A stretch of DNA of 64,000 bases from an uncultured Candidatus Binatia bacterium (lineage in GTDB: Bacteria; Desulfobacterota; Binatia; Bin18): the NCBI GenBank assembly GCA_965200965.1, contig OZ241744.1, positions 2,368,001 to 2,432,000 on the forward strand, in the 5' to 3' direction. Position 1 is the stretch's first letter. Every line of letters starts with the position of its first letter. The notes beneath the pieces are model-generated. The model saw nothing but the letters and a program-made list of their open reading frames with translations. It was not told the origin of the DNA and made no database searches. A program made the position numbers and the translations under genes. Positions 57,252-64,000 of this stretch are shown here, one piece after another.

Positions 57252-58129
57252 ATGGCACGACCGACCCGTATTGTCACCGACACCATGGCTGGGCTGAACC
57301 TGCCCGATTTCGATATCTGGAGTGGCTGGGTCTCGACCGTGCTCGGCCAGAATCCCGGCCCATTCACCGGTCCCGGCACCAACACCTACCTGGTCGGCAC
57401 AGGCAAGAGACCGATTCTGCTCGATACCGGAATCGGTCGTGAGGTGTATGACCCCCTGCTCAAGCAGGGCTTGGCCGAGACCAAGAACGGCGCGACCGAG
57501 TTGCAAGAAATCGTCATTACCCATGTCCACCAGGACCATATCGGCGGCACGCTCCACGTTCAGGCCCAGTTTGGCGACTTACGGGTGTCCAAAAAAGCCT
57601 GGCCGGGGAAAGACGAGGTTTACGACTTTCCGCTGACCTATATCGAAGACGGGGCCAGGATTGAGACCGACGGGGCCACGCTGCGGGCGATTCATACCCC
57701 GGGTCACGCCAAGGATCATCTGTGCTACTACCTGGAAGAAGAAAAAGCCTTGTTCACCGCGACCTGGTCCTTGGAGCCGGCACGACCGTGATTCCGGAAG
57801 AGGGTGGCGGCCTGATCGAATATCTGCCCTCGCTGCGGAAACTCCTCGCCCTTGACCTGTCGGTCATTTATCCGGCCCACGGCCCAGCCATCCGCGAGCC
57901 GTACAGGAAACTGAACGAGTATATTGCCCACCGGGAACTCCGCGAGCAGCAAGTGCTTGACGCCCTGCGGGCCGGGCTGAGTGAGATTCCGGTCATGGTC
58001 AGGCGCATCTATGTTGATGTGCCCGAGTTTCTGCACCAGGCCGCGGCCGGCTCAGTCCGCTCCCACCTCATCAAGCTGGAAAAAGAGGGGGCGGTGAAAC
58101 ACGATGGAGAAGAGTGGACGCTGAGCTAG
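57252..58129 (+). pseudogene. MBL-fold hydrolase (LACTB2-like) with 1-nt frameshift near 57759
   Basis: THVHQDHIGG and TPGHAKDH in one frame; DLVLG...YPAHG in another. ttc acc gc gac lacks one G of the expected FTGD. Confidence 0.85.
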
Positions 58130-58153
58130 CCTTGTATCCTGCGGAGGAGGCTC

Positions 58154-59371
58154 CTAATCGGCATCTTCGTCCGATGGAAGTTCCAGCAATTTAACCGTTG
58201 GAACGGTGTCTCCGGCTATCCCTTTTATGGAGTTGTACATATAGCTTGTATTTCGTAGAATCGCTTCTATTTGTTTCTCTCTCCTTTTCCATAGCCCCTC
58301 AATGGATTGTTTTTCCTGGGCTAAGTCCCGTTGCATGTTGGTAAAGCCTGTCACAATGGCTTCAACCTGCATGCGAAACTCGTTGCTCGTGACAAAATCG
58401 TAGACCATATTCTTTTTATCCCCTCTCTGTTCTTGTGACCCCTTCGCATCACTAAGTTTGATGATGGAATCACGAAGAACAGTGCATAGGCCCTTAAATT
58501 CGTCAAACGAACAGACCCAAACGCCTCCCATCAAATCAAGACGATCCTTGCCCTTTGGCATAGACTCTGTGACAAGCACCCCGATGTCTGCGTTCTTTTC
58601 CCGGATATCAGCCTGAAATTTCTCAATCCATTTCGGCTGAAATGACTTTGTGCGTTCGCTTTCATAATATATCAAGCCGACATTCCGGCGGGTGGGAGTA
58701 TTCACTCTCTGCAAGCAATCCGCTCCTTTCCGCCCCGGTTTTATTTCCTCAATAGTATCCAGAGGAAACTGCTCCTTCAGCCATGTTTCTATGGCCGACT
58801 GTTGCACGGCTCCCTGCAACTGTTGAGAGCCTTGTTCCGCTTTGCGTTGGGCTTCTTGAATTTGCTCTTGTAGTTGTTTGATTATTTTTTCTTTTTCGGA
58901 GAGTCGGAACTCAACCTTAGACTGTTCCGATGCACGAATCTGCTGTGTCTGTTCTCTCAGTTGTTCGGTGAGTTTCCTTTCCGTTTCCAACTGAATTTCT
59001 TCCCTGAGTTCTTCCTTTTCCCGCTTGAGTCTTTCAACATTGGCTTTCGCTTTGTTGAGATCTTGAACTTGGCGAGATTTTTCGTTGAGCTCATCCTGTA
59101 AAGATTTGATTTGATCGGCTTGATCTTCCTCAATCTTTTTCTTCAGACTTTTTTCGATCTCAGATCTTTCTTCTTGGCGTACTTTGACGAGCCTGTCATC
59201 ATATTCCTTTCTCAGTTCTTCAAGCTCAGATCTTTCTTCTTGGCGTACTTTGACGAGCCTGTCATCATATTCCTTTCTCAGTTCTTCTTCCAATTGGTGA
59301 GAAAGGACTTCGCCAATGTTTTCTGATATTTCTTTCCCACAATGCGGACAGTGGATTTGTTTTGAGTCCAT
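58154..59371 (-). CDS. DUF2130 domain protein
   Basis: CPHCG, coiled coil, KAEQGSQQLQG, FPLDTI and GADCLQ motifs; low GC; internal 66-bp duplication. Confidence 0.85.
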   Translation of the reverse strand: MDSKQIHCPHCGKEISENIGEVLSHQLEEELRKEYDDRLVKVRQEERSELEELRKEYDDRLVKVRQEERSEIEKSLKKKIEEDQADQIKSLQDELNEKSRQVQDLNKAKANVERLKREKEELREEIQLETERKLTEQLREQTQQIRASEQSKVEFRLSEKEKIIKQLQEQIQEAQRKAEQGSQQLQGAVQQSAIETWLKEQFPLDTIEEIKPGRKGADCLQRVNTPTRRNVGLIYYESERTKSFQPKWIEKFQADIREKNADIGVLVTESMPKGKDRLDLMGGVWVCSFDEFKGLCTVLRDSIIKLSDAKGSQEQRGDKKNMVYDFVTSNEFRMQVEAIVTGFTNMQRDLAQEKQSIEGLWKRREKQIEAILRNTSYMYNSIKGIAGDTVPTVKLLELPSDEDAD

Positions 59372-59471
59372 CACTTTTCTCCCCTTTCGTTGTTTTTTAC
59401 TCCGCCAGCACGAAAGCGCCGAGGCTGTCAATGTGGATGAGCGCCACTAGCAGCCCCAATTGAGGCGGACG

Positions 59472-60332
59472 CTACCGAAACAACACCTTGGCCAGCTCGG
59501 ACCGGAAATGCTCGGCCAGTTCGCTGCGCGGCCCAATCACGTCAAACACCTCCAGCATCGCTTTGCGCGCCCCGTCGTCCCGAAACGCGCGGTCTTTCTT
59601 CACCACTTCCAGGTACTCGGTCAGCGCCTCTCTGTATTGGCCCGAGGCGGCCAAGGCCTGGGCGAGCTCAAACCGGGCCTCCAGGTCGTCGGGACTGGCT
59701 GCCAGCTTATCCCGATACTCTTGTGCATTGCCCACACCCTCCCCGCCCTGTTTGAGGTGAATCTGGGACATCAACTGCTGGGCGGCGTCCGATTCGGGAG
59801 CGTTGAGCGGGACCTTGCCCAATAGTGCCAGGGCATCGGTCTCCTCTCCACGCTCAATCAGCAGACGGCTCAGCCCAAGCAGGGCCAGGGGCTGGTTTTC
59901 TTCCCTGGAGAGGGCCGCCCGGTACAGGCTCTCGGCACCTTGCGCCTTGCCCTCTTCAGCCAGCCGCACACCCTCACGCGCCAAACTTTCGGCCTCGGAC
60001 GGCAGCAGATCTGCCACAAACTGGCGAATGGCCGGCTCCGGCTGCGCCCCCAGAAACTCCCCGGCAACGGCTCCGTTGCGGATCGCTTTGACGGCCGGGA
60101 TGCTCTGGATCGCAAACTCCCGGGCCAACATCGGGCTGTCGTCAACGTTGATCTTGGCCAGCACGAACTTGCCCTCCTGCTCTTCGGCCAGCTGTTCGAG
60201 CAGCGGCCCAATCGCCCGGCACGGTCCACACCACGGTGCCCAGAAATCCACCACCACCGGCACGGTGCGCGAGCGTTCCACGACCTGCTGCTCAAAATCC
60301 TGATCCGTGACCTCAATCGTCCACTGATTCAT
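59472..60332 (-). CDS. cnoX: Thioredoxin-TPR chaperedoxin (CnoX/YbbN)
   Basis: VDFWAPWCGPC plus C-terminal TPRs and DDGARKAML. Confidence 0.88.
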   Translation of the reverse strand: MNQWTIEVTDQDFEQQVVERSRTVPVVVDFWAPWCGPCRAIGPLLEQLAEEQEGKFVLAKINVDDSPMLAREFAIQSIPAVKAIRNGAVAGEFLGAQPEPAIRQFVADLLPSEAESLAREGVRLAEEGKAQGAESLYRAALSREENQPLALLGLSRLLIERGEETDALALLGKVPLNAPESDAAQQLMSQIHLKQGGEGVGNAQEYRDKLAASPDDLEARFELAQALAASGQYREALTEYLEVVKKDRAFRDDGARKAMLEVFDVIGPRSELAEHFRSELAKVLFR

Positions 60333-60463
60333 CGGCCTTCTCCTTTGTCGGGCCGTCAGCCTAGCACAGCTTGCAACGCGCTTCCATCTGCTTCCATTTT
60401 GCCGCCCGATAGGATATCTGCGGGAGGGAAGACGCGCGAGCGCGGGAGTCAAAGGAGTAACAA

Positions 60464-61867
60464 ATGGCTGCCAGGACCATGTTTGAAAAAATCTGGGACG
60501 CGCACCTGGTGCGGACCGAGCCGGACGGGACGGCGTTGCTCTACATCGACCGTCATCTGGTCCATGAAGTGACCTCACCCCAGGCCTTTGAGGGTCTGCA
60601 CCTGGCCGGACGGTGCCTGCGACGGCCCAAAGCCGCCCTGGCCGTGCCCGACCACAATGTACCGACGACGGACCGCGACACACCGATCGCAGACCGGGTC
60701 AGCGCCAAGCAGGTTGAGACCCTGGAAGAGAACTGCCAGGCCACCGATATGCCGCTGTTCTCCATGAACGACATCCGCCAGGGTATTGTCCATGTCATCG
60801 GCCCCGAGCAGGGCTTTACCCTGCCGGGTACCACCATTGTCTGCGGCGACTCGCATACGGCCACCCACGGAGCGTTTGGCGCACTGGCGTTTGGCATTGG
60901 AACCAGTGAGGTTGAGCATGTCCTGGCCACCCAGTGTTTGGTCCAAAAACAGGCCAGGACTATGGCCGTCCAGGTTGAGGGGACGCTGTCCGAGGGCTGT
61001 ACGGCCAAAGACATTATCCTGGCCATCATCGGCAAAATTGGGACGGCTGGCGGTACTGGTCATGTGATTGAATATCGTGGCTCAGCCATCGAATCGCTGT
61101 CAATGGAAGGCCGCATGACGCTGTGCAATATGTCAATTGAGGCCGGTGCCCGGGCCGGCATGGTTGCGCCCGACCACAAGACCTATGACTATCTGCGTGG
61201 TCGGCCGCTGGCACCCCGGGGCGACCTGTTTGACCAGGCGGTTGCGGCCTGGAAACAGCTGCCGTCCGATCCGGGGGCGCGCTTCGATAGCAGCGTGGAG
61301 TTGCGGGCCGAAGACATTCTGCCCCAGGTCACCTGGGGGACGAACCCCGGTATGGTGACGGATATCACCGGCGCAGTCCCAAACCCCAAGGACATGCCGA
61401 CGCCGGAACTGCAAGAAGCCACCCAACGCGCTCTGGCCTATATGGACCTCAAGGCCGGTACGCCGATCACCGACATCACGCTTGATACGGTGTTTATCGG
61501 CTCATGCACCAACTCACGCATCGAAGACCTGCGCGCCGCCGCCGCGTGTATCAAGGGCAAACAGGTTGCTTCAAGTGTTCACGCTCTGGTGGTGCCGGGC
61601 TCGGGGCTGGTCAAGCAGCAGGCCGAAGAGGAAGGGCTGGATCAGGTCTTCAAACAGGCCGGTTTTGAGTGGCGCGAGGCCGGCTGCTCCATGTGTCTGG
61701 CCATGAACGCCGATGTGCTCCATCCCGGCGAACGCTGCGCCTCGACCAGCAACCGGAATTTTGAGGGCCGTCAGGGCAAAGGCGGTCGCACCCACCTGGT
61801 CTCGCCGACAATGGCCGCCGCGGCTGCGGTGGCCGGGCATTTTGTGGATATTCGGACCTGGAGTTAA
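60464..61867 (+). CDS. leuC: 3-isopropylmalate dehydratase large subunit
   Basis: [30 protein letters not shown] and NRNFEGRQG motifs. Confidence 0.97.
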   Translation: MAARTMFEKIWDAHLVRTEPDGTALLYIDRHLVHEVTSPQAFEGLHLAGRCLRRPKAALAVPDHNVPTTDRDTPIADRVSAKQVETLEENCQATDMPLFSMNDIRQGIVHVIGPEQGFTLPGTTIVCGDSHTATHGAFGALAFGIGTSEVEHVLATQCLVQKQARTMAVQVEGTLSEGCTAKDIILAIIGKIGTAGGTGHVIEYRGSAIESLSMEGRMTLCNMSIEAGARAGMVAPDHKTYDYLRGRPLAPRGDLFDQAVAAWKQLPSDPGARFDSSVELRAEDILPQVTWGTNPGMVTDITGAVPNPKDMPTPELQEATQRALAYMDLKAGTPITDITLDTVFIGSCTNSRIEDLRAAAACIKGKQVASSVHALVVPGSGLVKQQAEEEGLDQVFKQAGFEWREAGCSMCLAMNADVLHPGERCASTSNRNFEGRQGKGGRTHLVSPTMAAAAAVAGHFVDIRTWS

Positions 61868-61910
61868 GCGTGCCTGCGGCGACCGGACCGGCCGCGGAGA
61901 GGAAAACGTC

Positions 61911-62534
61911 ATGGATACATTCACCCTTGTCAAAGGGCTGGCCGCCCCGCTGGATCGGGTCAATGTCGATACCGACCAGATCATCCCCAAGCAGTATCTC
62001 AAGACCATCAAGCGCACCGGGTTGCGCGAAGGACTGTTTTCAGACTGGCGCTATACGAGCAGCGGCGAAACCGACCCCAGCTTTTTTATGAACCAGCCGC
62101 GCTACCAGAATGCCGTCATCCTGGTCGCCGGCGACAATTTTGGCTGCGGCTCGTCGCGGGAGCACGCGCCGTGGGCCTTGCTTGACTATGGGCTCCGGTG
62201 TGTGATTGCGCCCAGTTTTGCCGACATCTTTTTTAATAACTGCTTCAAGAACGGTATGCTGCCGGTTGTGCTCACAGCCGCCGAGGTCGCCCAACTCATC
62301 AAAGAGATTGAGGCCAGCCCGGGCTATGAGCTGAGCGTTGATCTGGCCGTCCAGACAGTGACAACCCCGTCCGGAACGACCTTCCGGTTTGCGGTTGATC
62401 CGTTTCGCAAGGAGTGTCTGCTGAACGGGCTCGATGAGATTGGCCTCACCCTCCGGAACGAGGCCGATATCACGGCTTACGAGCAGCAACGCCGGCAGGC
62501 AGCACCGTGGTTGTTTTTGGAGGATATGGAATGA
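61911..62534 (+). CDS. leuD: 3-isopropylmalate dehydratase small subunit
   Basis: [11 protein letters not shown] and [15 protein letters not shown] motifs. Confidence 0.97.
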   Translation: MDTFTLVKGLAAPLDRVNVDTDQIIPKQYLKTIKRTGLREGLFSDWRYTSSGETDPSFFMNQPRYQNAVILVAGDNFGCGSSREHAPWALLDYGLRCVIAPSFADIFFNNCFKNGMLPVVLTAAEVAQLIKEIEASPGYELSVDLAVQTVTTPSGTTFRFAVDPFRKECLLNGLDEIGLTLRNEADITAYEQQRRQAAPWLFLEDME

Positions 62535-63361
62535 AAGTTGGTGTGGTTATCCGCAATATGGGCCCCCAGGCGACCAAACAGATCATTGGCGACTGCGCCA
62601 AGGCGGCCGAGCAGGCGGGCTTTGATGCGGCCTTTGTGGTCGATCATCTCGCCATTCCGCCCGATCAGACCGAGGGTTCGGGCGGGCGCTATTTTGATCC
62701 CCTCATGACACTCGGCTATCTGGCCGGGATTACCGAGCGGATCAGGATCGGGATTTCGGTGCTGGTCATGCCCTATCGCCCCGCGGTGCTGACCGCCAAA
62801 CAGTTGGCAACCCTCCAGGAACTGTCCGATAACCGGGTTATTCTGGGGGCCGGGGTCGGCTGGCTGAGGCAGGAGTTTGAAGCCCTCGGTGTTGATCCGC
62901 GCAAACGGGGCGCGCTGACCAACGAAACCCTTGAGGTCATTCATAAACTGTTTGCTAACGACATCAGTTCGTATGCCGGCCAGCACGTCAAATTCCCCGA
63001 GTTTGTGTTTGCTCCCCGTCCGGCCCGGCCACCGATTTGGGTTGGCGGGGCTGGACCAAAGGCACTGGAGCGGACCCTCCGGTTTGGAGACGGGTATTAT
63101 CCGATCGGTCTCAAACCGCCCGAACTCACCGAGGTCAGAACCTGTCTGGCCGAAGAGGCGGAAAAACGCGGGCGGGCCACACCGGAGCTCATCACCGGCG
63201 GCATGATCCGGGACGATCCGGTGGCCATGCTCGACCGCATCAACATGGTCAAGGAAGCCGGGGCCGACTATTATGTGCTGGGTCTCGGGCGTTATGAGAA
63301 CGCCGACGCCTATACGCGCAGCATTGACAGGTTTGCGGCTGAGGTCATGCCCAAGCTGTGA
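62531..63361 (+). CDS. LLM-class flavin/F420-dependent oxidoreductase
   Basis: [17 protein letters not shown] and PPIWVGG motifs. Confidence 0.9.
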   Translation: MKVGVVIRNMGPQATKQIIGDCAKAAEQAGFDAAFVVDHLAIPPDQTEGSGGRYFDPLMTLGYLAGITERIRIGISVLVMPYRPAVLTAKQLATLQELSDNRVILGAGVGWLRQEFEALGVDPRKRGALTNETLEVIHKLFANDISSYAGQHVKFPEFVFAPRPARPPIWVGGAGPKALERTLRFGDGYYPIGLKPPELTEVRTCLAEEAEKRGRATPELITGGMIRDDPVAMLDRINMVKEAGADYYVLGLGRYENADAYTRSIDRFAAEVMPKL

Positions 63362-63479
63362 GGCGGGGGGGGGGCACCGCCTACCCGGTCCGCGCTCCCT
63401 GCCTATGATCGAGCTCCAGCCTTTCAGTTCTCCTATGAACCGAATGGAAGAACTCGCGGCGAACGAGATTGGGAGAGAG

Positions 63480-64000
63480 TCAGACCATATCTTTACTGAC
63501 ATAATTGTCGTCAATATCCCGCTTTGGAGGGGAAGAAGGTGGGAGATCTTCTATCTCACCTGGAACTTCATATGCACCGATGTTGTAGCTTTGGTGGCTC
63601 AGCCCATATGCCACGGCGAGCCGGTGGTGAAAGTTGTCATCAATCTCTGCCGCAAGAGACTTTGGCTTCGGTAAATTGATCCGTCTTACTCCAGTCGGAG
63701 AACGACGGAACCAGTGTACCAGCCCAACCAGCCATTTCTCGATGTCAGACACGACTTCCTTATATATTGTCATTTCTTTAGCACCTCCACACAAAAATAT
63801 GGGAAAATCTTCTGACCAACGGCGGGAGTCGGGATCTCTCCGCTTCTTCAGAGCCTCGAAAGTCTTTTTGAGAAGTTCCACACATTTACCGACGAATTCT
63901 TTCTCGGCGATAGCAAGCTGTTCAGTAAGAGCATCGGGGGGAGGTATGTATGATTTTACATCATCCTCAATCACATATAATGGATCGGTCGGGTCGGACA
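63480..64000 (-). CDS. C-terminal part of a low-GC protein, possibly actin/Hsp70-like ATPase fold
   Basis: IFLCGGA and RLAVAYGLS motifs; gene begins outside the window. Confidence 0.5.
   Translation of the reverse strand, partial: SDPTDPLYVIEDDVKSYIPPPDALTEQLAIAEKEFVGKCVELLKKTFEALKKRRDPDSRRWSEDFPIFLCGGAKEMTIYKEVVSDIEKWLVGLVHWFRRSPTGVRRINLPKPKSLAAEIDDNFHHRLAVAYGLSHQSYNIGAYEVPGEIEDLPPSSPPKRDIDDNYVSKDMV

Overview
GC-rich bacterial chromosome segment; the gene content resembles sponge-associated Binatia, but that is an inference. The metabolic backbone comprises CaiB/BaiF CoA-transferases, tcuAB, fabF/fabH, tldD/tldE, NhaC, SDRs, moaA, an acyl-CoA dehydrogenase and leuCD. Several accessory blocks interrupt it. 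(1) A type III R-M operon interleaved with repeat-length-variable coiled-coil and pentapeptide genes (9.2-16.3 kb). (2) A four-copy tandem gene array (23.3-25.5 kb). (3) A compact four-gene cassette encoding DndC-like, SspE/GmrSD-like (DUF262-DUF1524), GIY-YIG and DndB/DGQHR proteins, with no dndD/E or sspBC; this is the best candidate for an undescribed phosphorothioate-type defence system (26.8-31.4 kb). (4) An islet integrated in the 3' end of tldD with a 127-bp duplication. (5) A stand-alone UG/Abi-like reverse transcriptase with one in-frame TAG, a structured 3' trailer and flanking inverted repeats (36.6-38.5 kb). (6) A degraded mobile element (41.7-49.5 kb) carrying polymorphic secreted proteins and three tandem promoter-sRNA-terminator units in front of an HTH/rep-like gene. 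In addition, a ~49-bp covarying palindromic element occurs 9 times in the first 23 kb, mostly inside protein-coding frames. No rRNA, tRNA or CRISPR array was recognised. All family calls are from motif recognition by eye; no database searches were run.
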